Source of the DNA: Mesotaenium endlicherianum
Taxonomy: Eukaryota
NCBI GenBank assembly: GCA_009602735.1
Contig: WELA01003449.1
Coordinates: 25,050 to 66,617 of the forward strand
Direction of reading: 5' to 3'
Length of the DNA stretch: 41,568 nucleotides
The notes under the pieces are model-generated. The model saw nothing but the letters and a program-made list of their open reading frames with translations. It was not told the DNA's origin and ran no database searches. The first letter of the stretch is position 1, and each line of letters begins with the position of its first letter. This document shows, in pieces, positions 24,737-35,848 of the stretch. Made by a program: the position numbers and the translations under genes.

Positions 24737-27700
24737 CACATGATGTTAAGCTGTCCCACCTCAGGGCCGATGCACTCTTCCCATCCTACAATGTCTTTCT
24801 GGATGTTATACGGATTTGGACGTGGTACCGTCTGGGAGAGGAAAAAGCACCTGCTTTAATCTTGATGCCAAGGTTGTGCTCGAACACGTTCCCGGTTTCG
24901 CCCCCTTCCTCCACCAGAAAGCAGTGGCCGAAAGTGTTGAATGCCACGTTGTCAAATACAGTGACATTGAATGTTGCGTGGATCACGACGCATCTCTGCA
25001 CTCAACAAAAGGGAGTGCATAGGCATGAGTTGAAAAGGAAAGAGCACAAGCTGACAAAATTAGACAAGGGAAGAGCACGAGCCTAAGTTGACAAGAGAAG
25101 GAACACGGGATAATATTGATGGGGGAAGAGCAGAAGCGGAAAGTTCTCAATAGGTGTTTCGTTGAATTAATATCTAAGCACACTTTATGTCTGACCACAC
25201 ATTACATGTGATGTGAGTGTGTATCCACGTTGCTTAGAATTTCAACACGCGTTCAACACACACGCGTTCTTCAGGCCTACGACCAAATGTCATTAATGTT
25301 AGGACAATAACACAAACACGAGAGAAGATTGCACCTGCTTGCTGTCGACAATGGAATTCTTGCGCACGTAGGTCCCACCCTTCTGATTTCCGTGGAGGTG
25401 GAGGTGGATGGGGTAGCGGCCCAGGTTGCCCTGCTGCCCCATGCCCACCGATTGCAGGCCTTCAATGTACTGGGGCACATACGTCTGGAAGATTATGAAG
25501 TGGCCACCTGCGCCGCGCAATCACACGCACACACAAAGAGAGAGAGTGGGAGAGGGAGAGGGAGGGAGAGAGAGGAGATATTGCACCACCTGTCAGAACG
25601 AGGGCTGCTGACGATGCAAGCAGGGCTGCCGCACCAAGCTGCCCGTGATGTGAGCAAAAACCATAAAAAACTCTGAAGTCCATCTTTTCATATATCACTC
25701 CTCCAAAACAAGGTCAAGTTTAACAACTGAAACTCCCCCCCCAGCCCCCCTTCTTCCCTTCCCACGTACTCCCCAACCAGAACCCTTCACAGCTATCTCA
25801 GCATAAGGACCATCCGCACATCATCATAAAAGGGGGCACCTGGGAGTCCCTCTAAGAGCCGCACGCGCACACCTAGGACTGCACGCAATCGAGTGTACCT
25901 TCAAGATCGTAGGGGGCGGGCTCGTTTGTCCCGGTCATCACGATGTTGCGAGTCAGCAGCGCCACCTCAGCACGCTGGTCCAGCTGACCGCCCGCCCCAT
26001 TGGGCAGATTCTTGTCGCCCCAGTGCATGTACGCCAGAGGCTTGTTCAGCTGTACTACTGAACCCGTTCCCGCCTTCGTGACTGCCGCCCGCCCAACAAC
26101 CCAGCGCCAGCTCAGTGCCAGCTAAGGCGACAGCTCAGCAATGGCCATGACAGTGTCAGGATGCTTTCACCTGAGATAGCACTGATCAACAGCATATTTG
26201 CACCAGACAAAAACATATTGTTGATCAAATCAGTATTCGACTTTACCTGACTCGATGATGAACCTCTCCTCCTGCCGGTTGGAGTAGTCCGTCGATGCGA
26301 TGCCGATCTCAAATCCGGCGGGCCAGATCGCGGAGACATCGGTGTCCAGAGTCAGCTTAGCGTCGCCCGCCTTAGCTGTCGCCGCCAGCTTGCACCACAC
26401 GGGCATGTTCCGAGGCCCGGGCAGCCCGTGAAAGTTCACCTGCCCGCCCACCTGTCCACATAGAACCATCACCAAAAGAGTAAGGTGCGGGGAAAGAAGT
26501 GCGCCACGGGGTCGGAACCCATGCACGCACACATGTAAACGAGCACACACACACTCACAGACACACACACACACACAATCAGGATCGCAGCATATCGCCA
26601 GCAGTGGGCCACCACGCCTCGTGACCCCGCAGGGACATTGGATAAATAGAGACAACAATATCTATATTCATCAGATTATTGCAAAAGCGACGCACCAATG
26701 GGACCACACAGGGGGGCAAAAGGAAGGGAGGGGGCAGGAGGGGGCGGGCGGCCGAGAAAGCGATGGGGCAGGGAGGGCGAGGNNNNNNNNNNNNNNNNNN
26801 NNNNNNNNNNNNNNNNNNNNNNNNNNNNNNNNNNNNNNNNNNNNNNNNNNNNNNNNNNNNNNNNNNNNNNNNNNNNNNNNNNNNNNNNNNNNNNNNNNNN
26901 NNNNNNNNNNNNNNNNNNNNNNNNNNNNNNNNNNNNNNNNNNNNNNNNNNNNNNNNNNNNNNNNNNNNNNNNNNNNNNNNNNNNNNNNNNNNNNNNNNNN
27001 NNNNNNNNNNNNNNNNNNNNNNNNNNNNNNNNNNNNNNNNNNNNNNNNNNNNNNNNNNNNNNNNNNNNNNNNNNNNNNNNNNNNNNNNNNNNNNNNNNNN
27101 NNNNNNNNNNNNNNNNNNNNNNNNNNNNNNNNNNNNNNNNNNNNNNNNNNNNNNNNNNNNNNNNNNNNNNNNNNNNNNNNNNNNNNNNNNNNNNNNNNNN
27201 NNNNNNNNNNNNNNNNNNNNNNNNNNNNNNNNNNNNNNNNNNNNNNNNNNNNNNNNNNNNNNNNNNNNNNNNNNNNNNNNNNNNNNNNNNNNNNNNNNNN
27301 NNNNNNNNNNNNNNNNNNNNNNNNNNNNNNNNNNNNNNNNNNNNNNNNNNNNNNNNNNNNNNNNNNNNNNNNNNNNNNNNNNNNNNNNNNNNNNNNNNNN
27401 NNNNNNNNNNNNNNNNNNNNNNNNNNNNNNNNNNNNNNNNNNNNNNNNNNNNNNNNNNNNNNNNNNNNNNNNNNNNNNNNNNNNNNNNNNNNNNNNNNNN
27501 NNNNNNNNNNNNNNNNNNNNNNNNNNNNNNNNNNNNNNNGGAGCGTCCGGGGGGGGGGGGGTGGGGGGCATGAGTATAACGCGCGAGGGGAGCAACTCAC
27601 CACGGCGAAGGCCTTGTGGCCGAGGTCGCGCGGGAAGAGGGCGTCGGCGGGCGCATTGAGAGAGTACTTGTAGCTGGCCCGGCCAGACTCCACATTGGGC

Positions 27701-29487
27701 GTGAGCACGATCGTGACCCTTTGCGAGAACTGCTTGGCCTCGGTGCCGACGGTGAACCGGCCCTCCACCAGCACAAAGTGTGCCGACAGCGTGACGGCCT
27801 TGAGCTTGGGGTCGTCCAGGAACCTGCTCGCAGGGGCGAGGGAGGCCGAGGAGGAGAGAGGGAGGAGGAGGGCGAGGGGAGAGACACAGAGGCACACACA
27901 CACTCAATTGAGGTGCCCCATGACGCCACAGACACCCACACACTCATGCACGCACGCGCACAGGCACATACAACCCCACCAGACTCACGCACTCACTCGA
28001 GGTGCCCCATGATGCGCAAGACACACACACAAATGCACGCACACAAACACGCGCACATGCGCACATGCACACACTCTCACACACACCCACACACACACGC
28101 GCGCGCTCGGACACGCACACACACACGTGCATACACACGCACACTTGAGAGGCCCCATGACGTGCAGGACACGTACACATATTCCCTCTGTCACACACAC
28201 ACACATACACACACGCACACATGCACACACGCGCACACGCACACACGGACGCACGCACGCGCGTGGACGGACACACACACAGGCTCACACACTCACTTGA
28301 GGTGGCCCATGACGCGCAGGAGGCCGAGCTCCACTTTTGGCACATTCAGGAGGACGGACGTGCCGCAGGGGATGGTCACATTTGTTCCTGCTGTGGGCCC
28401 CACCCCCGGCACCTTGCCACCTGGCCACGTGGACGGGCTGCTCCACAGCTTGAAACCTGCATGCATGCGTGCCAGCGAGGACAGAGCAAGCAGTAATGTA
28501 ATAATCGGCTTTCAGCTGGGAAAGACTTCTACAGTCTCTACAAAGAAGGTAGGCACTTAATGTGAGGGTAGAGAATCACAAAGTGTAGTGCTTTTCCTCC
28601 CCCCCCACCCCCAACACACAACCCACCNNNNNNNNNNNNNNNNNNNNNNNNNNNNNNNNNNNNNNNNNNNNNNNNNNNNNNNNNNNNNNNNNNNNNNNNN
28701 NNNNNNNNNNNNNNNNNNNNNNNNNNNNNNNNNNNNNNNNNNNNNNNNNNNNNNNNNNNNNNNNNNNNNNNNNNNNNNNNNNNNNNNNNNNNNNNNNNNN
28801 NNNNNNNNNNNNNNNNNNNNNNNNNNNNNNNNNNNNNNNNNNNNNNNNNNNNNNNNNNNNNNNNNNNNNNNNNNNNNNNNNNNNNNNNNNNNNNNNNNNN
28901 NNNNNNNNNNNNNNNNNNNNNNNNNNNNNNNNNNNNNNNNNNNNNNNNNNNNNNNNNNNNNNNNNNNNNNNNNNNNNNNNNNNNNNNNNNNNNNNNNNNN
29001 NNNNNNNNNNNNNNNNNNNNNNNNNNNNNNNNNNNNNNNNNNNNNNNNNNNNNNNNNNNNNNNNNNNNNNNNNNNNNNNNNNNNNNNNNNNNNNNNNNNN
29101 NNNNNNNNNNNNNNNNNNNNNNNNNNNNNNNNNNNNNNNNNNNNNNNNNNNNNNNNNNNNNNNNNNNNNNNNNNNNNNNNNNNNNNNNNNNNNNNNNNNN
29201 NNNNNNNNNNNNNNNNNNNNNNNNNNNNNNNNNNNNNNNNNNNNNNNNNNNNNNNNNNNNNNNNNNNNNNNNNNNNNNNNNNNNNNGGGAGGGGGGGGGA
29301 GAGGAGGGGGATGTCTCGTACCGCCAGGGGGTGGATCAGGCAGGAAAGCTCCACAGGGCGACTTGAAGACATCTGTCGGCAAAACAGGTGCTCCTCGGGC
29401 TCCTGTCATTGCCGAACATGACAGGAGAAATGTGGCAACCAGGGCGAGGAAAGTTCCCTGCATATCCAAATACTGACACCTCGCCAT
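12479..29487 (-). CDS. Large secreted G8-domain / CEMIP-TMEM2-fibrocystin-L-like beta-helix protein with MopE-like repeats and three C-terminal galactose-binding-like (jelly-roll) modules
   Basis: 29 phase-consistent GT-AG exons (5'->3'): 29487-29322, 28456-28297, 27823-27601, 26451-26247, 26081-25899, 25507-25335, 24995-24851, 24600-24489, 24071-23888, 23690-23635, 23156-22944, 22706-22575, 22093-21997, 21593-21531, 21205-20949, 20613-20314, 19737-19588, 19233-19097, 18813-18611, 18378-18206, 17991-17921, 17449-17320, 16893-16681, 16165-15990, 15598-15402, 14516-14352, 13940-13844, 13462-13296, 12733-12479. Total 4803 nt, 1600 aa plus stop. N-terminus [33 protein letters not shown] is signal-peptide-like. 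Gaps in introns 1 and 3 could hide extra symmetric exons. Confidence 0.88.
13637..13748 (+). repeat. ~11-bp G-rich minisatellite (TGGGACAGGGG-like), intronic
   Basis: About 10 degenerate units: tgggacagga atgggacagg gatggaacag gggtaggacg gggtgggaca... Confidence 0.8.
14430..16760 (-). other. Jelly-roll/galactose-binding-like module 2
   Basis: [10 protein letters not shown]...[11 protein letters not shown]...HYLAKPFTL...[23 protein letters not shown]...[14 protein letters not shown]...AAFDMDL. Confidence 0.75.
15035..15380 (+). repeat. Degenerate (CA)/(GCAC)/(AG) microsatellite, intronic
   Basis: Long acacacgcac/agagag tract. Confidence 0.85.
16840..17960 (-). other. Two MopE-like putative metal-binding Cys/Asp motifs with a Cys-rich linker
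   Basis: [18 protein letters not shown] and [18 protein letters not shown] match the E.C[DN]G.D[ND]DC[DN]G.VDE pattern of Pfam Cu-binding_MopE; the first copy has N in place of the second Cys. They are separated by [20 protein letters not shown]. Confidence 0.75.
18206..19233 (-). other. Jelly-roll/galactose-binding-like module 1
   Basis: [10 protein letters not shown]...[18 protein letters not shown]...YYFRKSFTV...[21 protein letters not shown]...[14 protein letters not shown]...FDLRL. Homologous by eye to modules 2 and 3. Confidence 0.75.
20635..20754 (+). repeat. (AG)n microsatellite, intronic
   Basis: About 60 AG units with one N. Confidence 0.95.
21255..21445 (+). repeat. (GGCA)n/(CAG)n low-complexity repeat, intronic
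   Basis: ggcaggcgggcaggcgggcaggcaggcagg...cagcagcagc. Confidence 0.85.
22575..26399 (-). other. CEMIP/TMEM2/PKHD1L1-type parallel beta-helix (PbH1) region
   Basis: Motifs characteristic of G8-associated beta-helices: [115 protein letters not shown]. Confidence 0.85.
26400..28456 (-). other. G8 domain
   Basis: [15 protein letters not shown]...[14 protein letters not shown]...LRVMGHLKF...[31 protein letters not shown]...[16 protein letters not shown] fits the G8 pattern (WS..STW...VP; V.I..G..V.L; G.L..G; G.L..HG). Confidence 0.85.
27901..28320 (-). repeat. Degenerate copies of the exon-2 3' end and splice donor of the G8 gene, dispersed in a CA microsatellite
   Basis: actcacttgaggtggcccatgacgcgcagg (28291, true junction); acacttgagaggccccatgacgtgcagg (28141); actcactcgaggtgccccatgatgcgcaag (27991); actcaattgaggtgccccatgacgc (27902). 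Confidence 0.85.
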
Positions 29488-31248
29488 TGTTGACAAACTT
29501 ATACCAACAAATCGAGTCCGCACATGTACGACCAGTCTGCACGAGCTGTTTCGACTTAAGAACACGATGATAGAGCTGGACAGATGGTCCAGCTAGCCTC
29601 CGTGTACACTCCCCCAGATACTCCTTCGTCTAACTTGGCTCTCTGCTCTCCAACTATGGCAAAGACGTTGGCTCACTTAATTATATTTCCAAGCTTCAAT
29701 CGGCGGGGTGTCAGCTATATTGCACAACTAGCTTGCTAGCTTGACGTTACTGAGGAGGTGTACGATCACCGCGCATTGCCATGAAAGAGAGCTCCTTCAC
29801 TGGAATAGGCCTCAGAACTTGTACTTTTCCTCGACCCACAATTGGCGCTCACGGGTATACAGCAGCGCAATCCACACCATGCGGCGTGGCACTACGTGGT
29901 ATAGACTGATCAGTGATAAGGATCTAGGCTACAAACAAGCGTGCACAAGAGGCGGTATAAACAAATGTCTTAGTCGAAGGTACAACTTTTACTGAACTTG
30001 AAGGACTGCGAGTGCTGCCATCCACTTCCAGAAGGATTTTCGCCTCGTATGACGAGTTCGTTTAATAGCTCTATAATATGCTGTATGTACCCACAGTCTG
30101 CACCGACCACGCTAACAGGAACAGACTGCAGAATAACGTGGAAGGCGGATCTGTCATTGCAGGAATGTATGTAATCTTTCCTAAGGAAGTAACAACAAGC
30201 ACCAGTTTCTCTTTCCCCTAGGTCACGGAGTTCGCTTCGCGGAGGCCAACGTTAGTGCCTGCAATCATAAAAGTGTTCTCAAGACATCCTGGAAACGCCG
30301 GCCAGCAGAGAAAACTGTTGGCCGGTGACAGCGAAGGGATATGATAACCAGGTTGTCTGTACGACATAAAAGACACGGTTACGTGGTTAACCTGGAGGCT
30401 GGAGTGGGGAGTCTGTGGACCCATGCACAATCATTAAAAACGCATCAGGTCGGCACACACATCAGCCAACCGTCCAGTAGTCATTATAGGCGCACTAGAG
30501 CGCATTTAAGATTTAAGCCGAGAAGTCACTACACGACAGCTTTACGAGGCACTCAGCAACTCGGGAGCTTGTCCTTATTGACGACGTCTGAAATGCAAGC
30601 TGAACGAGAGGGGGTGCCGACTCCCGAGTCTGGGTTACATAAATAGTCTGACTATAACACTGCGAAGTTTAAAGACTGCCACGTGAGGAAATGTGAACTT
30701 AAGTCAAGGAGACCACGAAGCTTCCTTGCGCGCATCTGCCAAAAGGCGCGTCAGTAGGATGCCGACTATCTAGTGCAATCGACACCAGGCGACAGTGGAC
30801 ACACTTGCTGGACACATTCTGGGCCCTGGCATCTGCTACTTTTCTGCCATTTTCGAAACACAATCACGCGGACTCGAACTGATTCACTTAAATGCATATG
30901 ACTACAAATAACCTTGCGAAAGCCATGTGGCCACTTCAGAGTGGATACACCACCGTCCTTAATTTGCCAACTGGTAAAGTGGGGCTCCTCGGCCCTTGCG
31001 ACTGCTCGCGACGGTGCTCGAAAGTGCTCGACAGCGCCAAAGTCGGGCGACTTTCCACAACAGCTAGAGGCCAGCTGTTAATCACGTTACCGAAGCTGAC
31101 CCAATAACGTCGTCTGTAGCTCTTTACAGAAGGGATATTTATAAGTTGAGCCCTCCAACTTGCAAAAATAGTCTCAAATAGCCCTCAAGTTTTGTAACAG
31201 GGAAAAATAAAGCTTCACCATCTATTGACGCCGCCCTAAACTCAATAT

Positions 31249-31341
31249 CCTAATCATCATAATGTCTCATATGTCCAATTTTATATAACCCTAAAGCATC
31301 ATAATGTCTCATGTTTTTCAAATATATATATATTTGAAAAA
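31249..31341. repeat. 16-bp direct repeat followed by a perfect 28-bp AT palindrome
   Basis: catcataatgtctcat at 31255-31270 and 31297-31312; tttttcaaatatatatatatttgaaaaa at 31314-31341 is self-complementary. Confidence 0.85.
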
Positions 31342-34300
31342 GTCATTGTGAATGTCGCGACTGCTATCCGTTTGACAGTGCCGCACGCGCAGCGCAGGTC
31401 ACGGCCGCCCAGGTTCAGAAAGTCAGCGTTGACTCCCCGACCAAAAGTCTAACTTTTACTAAGTCAGCATCAAAGTCCAAGTCACACAAAAGAGTGACTG
31501 CGACAGGACAAATCGACACTCAACTATGGGTGGGGTTTGACAGTCAAGTCAACTGGAAAGCCTATTAAGTTGGGACCAACAAATGGTATGTGTTAGCGGC
31601 TGCCAGTAAGGCAACACTGACTGGACAACCAACCTGGCAATGTCAAGCCAGGGAAGCTGTGTGTATTTGAACCATCTCACCTAGGACCTCTTATGTGACG
31701 ACCACAACTTAGGCGTCCACCTCAAGTGTCACAAGCTCTCAGGCCACATAGGCGTGACCGCTGGCTGAGAAGCCAAGCAGTCACGTCACGAGGGGTGCAT
31801 GCATGCTAAGTGACGACCACTAAGTTAGATTGTTACGAGGAAGCGGAAGCAAGGACAACATGCATACCTAACGATGTGACTAAGCATTAGAATTGTCGAG
31901 AGAGAATGGCGTGCGTGGTGCCTGGGTAAGGCACGAGCCTTGAACGAACTTACTACATTCTCGCCCTCACATTTTGCCAAGAAGCAAAAGGGAACCCAGA
32001 ATTGGAAGGAGAGGAGAAGAAGAAACGCAAAGGAGAAGGAGTTGCCAAGGCCACAGGAGAGCCGAGAAGCCACGCTTCTGCCGACGCTTGAAGATTTCCC
32101 TCTCATTGTACCATTGAAGAGTTAGAGCTGAGGAGTTCCCAAGAGGGATCTTGCTTGTAAGAATTAGAGGGTTTGCAAAATAGAATCTGCTAGAAATTCT
32201 AGCGCAGATCTGGACCAAACTCCACAAGCGTGCCTAGAGCTCATAAAGTGGTGAGTGCTGTGTTAGTTTCCAAGTTCTCAGAAGTCTCAATTGTTGAATT
32301 GCTGATAGCAAGAGCAAAATTAACAAGTAAAGCTCTCAGTAAAGGATTGAGTGAGCTCAGCCAGCAATGTGAACTGCTAAGGCGCGGTGTTGAGCAAAAA
32401 GCTCAAACTTGGCCAGCATAGATACCATAAGTTTCAGAGTTTTGTAAGCTGTGACTTGTGAAAGTTAAGCGAAAGCCCTGGTGGGCGATTTTCTCAAAAC
32501 TCGGTTTAATTTGCTTAGACGTGATTTCTACATATTACAAGTTTGTTCACTTATGCAAATCCTCAATTTGGGCAAAAGCCTAATTGGAAGTAAAACGCTT
32601 CTGTCCTACTGTAAGGAAAATTGGAATATAATAAATTTTTTGCAAAAAAAATCACGAAGTTCTGAAATAGGAAGGTCAGAAAACCAGTTTGGTGTGAAAA
32701 CACTGAGTGTTGATGTGCCCTCACTGAATGAAGCAAGTGCAGGGAGACCAAAAATGGGTCAACCACAGCCAGCCTGCCATCGACACACGTGCAAAGGTCA
32801 ATCGGTCAGGTTGATTCCACATGCGCAGCAATGCACCGACCAGTCGGCCATGGACTACTCGCACGCGTGAAGGACCACCGACATGTCAACCTGGTCAATG
32901 GCACACATGCTGGGAAGCCACACATGTGCCTAGGACCCGACGCTGTTAGGCACGACATGAATGCAACTCTTACAAGACGTATTTTATACCTCAAATTTTA
33001 ATCAACATTATTTTTCCATTATTATCTCCTATGCCTATTGTTCATTTTTTTCCCATAAACTTATTCTTTAACTTGATTGTCGAGCAAAGATTCTTGAGAT
33101 AAGTAGAAACATTGATGAATAAAAAACAACAAAAAGACGTAGACAAGGAAAAAAAAAGAGGAAGAAGAGGAAAAAGAAGAGTTTTGAAAAGAATGTGAAG
33201 GAAAAAAATATGTTGCGCAAAAACATGTATTAGCAAGAAATGCGTGCAAGGGGGGGCACAAATCTCGAGTGGCGGTCGTCAACTATGTGTCGGGCACATG
33301 CGGAGGACTACGCGGCACACATTAAACTATGCCATAAACTGGAATGTCCCTTAATAAAGCGTTATTTGCAAGATACTTGAAAACTTAATACCTACCTCAT
33401 TATTGTTGGACAAAAAAGTGGGCTTTGGACTTTCAAGAGTAAACATAGCGTATTAGGGGAAACCCATCTTCCACAAGAGAACCTTTATAAAAAGGAGGCC
33501 GGAATTTGTCCAACTCCCCAAGCTTCTAATTAATGGCAACCGAGCACTCCACTATAAGCAATTAGGAAGTTCAACATATAAAATCCAAGTGTAATGTGTG
33601 TACATTTGGAACTGCTCTCCTTGTGTGCATGCACCTCAAGATGTGCAAGTCACGAGACGGCACGAATTGTTATACTCAAAAATTTATAGCAACCGATCCC
33701 ATTTGACCTAGGTAGGACGAAAAGTGAACCCACTTTGGTTCCTATCTGCAAATCCCATGAAAGACAGCGCTCTACAAGTCCGTTGTTATTGTTTCCATGC
33801 TTTTTATTCTGCCAAACTAGCAAAAAATTTGAAATTGCACAAAAAGTTTCAAACCACCAACAATTTTTGAAAATCGTTGACGGGCTCTGACCGGGTTTGT
33901 GTGATTAATGAAAGTCAACTTCGTTTGCTAACTATGTGTCCCGCACGTTAAGGATTGTTAACTGTGTGGTGTGTGACGCGTGTGAACAATTATAAGCTAT
34001 TAATAGAGCATTTTGCATACGAATATTTAGTGTATGTTCATCTGTACTATCACTTAAATGTTGTTTCTCCGGCATGGAAGAGTTTATCCATTCCCATGCG
34101 CCATATACAACTACAATTGTGCAATTGTTGTAGTGATTTGAGTTATAATATATTAGTTTGCTTTTATTTTAATGCTTTTGAATACATTTAAAGTAGTATT
34201 GTGTGGATTCAAGTGTGAATAGATACTCTAGTGACTTGGTTCATGTTCTTTGATCCTTCTAAGGCATTTTCGAAGTTAGAGGAAGGACCTAGAAGAACTC

Positions 34301-35828
34301 CAGGTGGCAAAAGTCAAATGTGCCATTTTTAGGTCAAAAGGACATGTGTACATTATTCTAGAAAGAGGTGGCAATTTTTGGGATGTGTTGGGTGCCAACA
34401 CATCAACATGCACCTTCCTAGAAATTACTTATGTAGCAAGTATATAAACAAGAGCTACAACATAGAAGGGCATTCCAGAATCACTCTTGTACTTGCTAAA
34501 TTCCGAAAATATATTAACTTTCAAGAAGCCATCTCTCTTTCAAGAAGCTACCACTTGTGTTCAACGATCCTTGTCTTGAATAGATAAAGTATTTTATCTT
34601 ACTAAGTACTTTATCTATCTGTTTTACTACAGCCGTTCACATTGTTCTTGAAAGGAAGAGTTTCAACAAGTCAAGAGAAAAAATTAAATGTTGAGCCTTC
34701 GCGACCTTATTCACGTATTCCTATCATTATTCAATGTGGGTCAAAAGAAACAAAGTCACTGCTTTGCCTTGACAATGCGTGTGTTCATGAAAGTCAACTT
34801 GCATTCCGTTTTGGAGTTGAACATATTTATTTCTAAAAGTTGTCAAAGATGCCAAGTTCTTCAGAGACGACTTTTAACATCGTGTGGCAATATGTATTAA
34901 CAGCACACACATGGTAAGTAAATAGTGAAGTTACCCTTGCATGTGTTATATACCCTATTCTCGTGTTCTTGACACATTTAAATATCCTATTATATAACTT
35001 ACCAACTAGAATGTGGTTTTGTGCCATATAGACGTACTTGTAACAACGTTCTCATGCACGTCAATTCCGCCCCTACATGCACATCTTGAAATGTATTTTC
35101 GTCTACGTACGGAGCTTAATATAAGATATTTGTTTGCACACAAGATCTAAGTTCGAGGTGTGCCCTCTTCACTCATTAACTCAATATCCACGTATTATTC
35201 TGCTGATATTTGTGCCTCAAATTTGTATGATCAAGTGCATCCTACTTTGTCTAACTTGGAAGAGATGCTCAGAACTCGGAATATATACAACTTGGACAAA
35301 CTATGATGAAGAATGTGTTATAATTACATTATTCACAAGCGGAGGGCGTATATGGATGCAAGCCATGTTTTATGCCGCCTGGAGCCTCTATGTTACATGA
35401 AAGCCACATACAACGAATGAGTTGGATAAATATGCGGATCTCAATAAGAATTTGACCTCAATTGTTATCACTGCCAATATACTTGGTAGGAAGAGCTTGA
35501 CAAAAACTTGTGGAAAACAACCATGCAATAATGTATGGTAGAAGGCCAAAAGGGTACTAAGATGACCAAGACCAAAAGCACCAAAGCTGCCATGCATAAT
35601 AAGCGTATTCAGAGGAAAGGATGAATGTGATGATTCTTAACGTGCCTCGCGGCTCGCCACCTCTCAAATAGCTGCCGCAAAGCCTGCCATATTAAGTGCA
35701 ACTGAGTTCAACTGCACTCTTCTTCACGTGACCGCCCGTGTGTGCCGGGAAAAAACAATATTTTCATATGCACAAGACAAATTCTTACTACTGTAACGAA
35801 AAGACTCAAAGCCCTCATAGAAACCTCA

Positions 35829-35848
35829 CAGTCCGGCCCCATTGAGCA
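35829..35848 (+). repeat. Left terminal inverted repeat
   Basis: cagtccggccccattgagca, the exact reverse complement of 40892-40911. Confidence 0.9.

Noticed and set aside
34126..34668. Possible solo LTR (TGTTG...TCAACA with a TATA-like tatataaa)
   Set aside because: The flanks (gcaat versus agtca) give no target duplication, and there is no PBS, PPT or second LTR.
29600..35800. Protein-coding genes or structural RNAs in the intergenic block
   Set aside because: Only short ORFs without recognisable motifs or the GC3-rich exon signature. I saw no tRNA or rRNA fold by eye; a covariance-model search would be needed to exclude ncRNAs.
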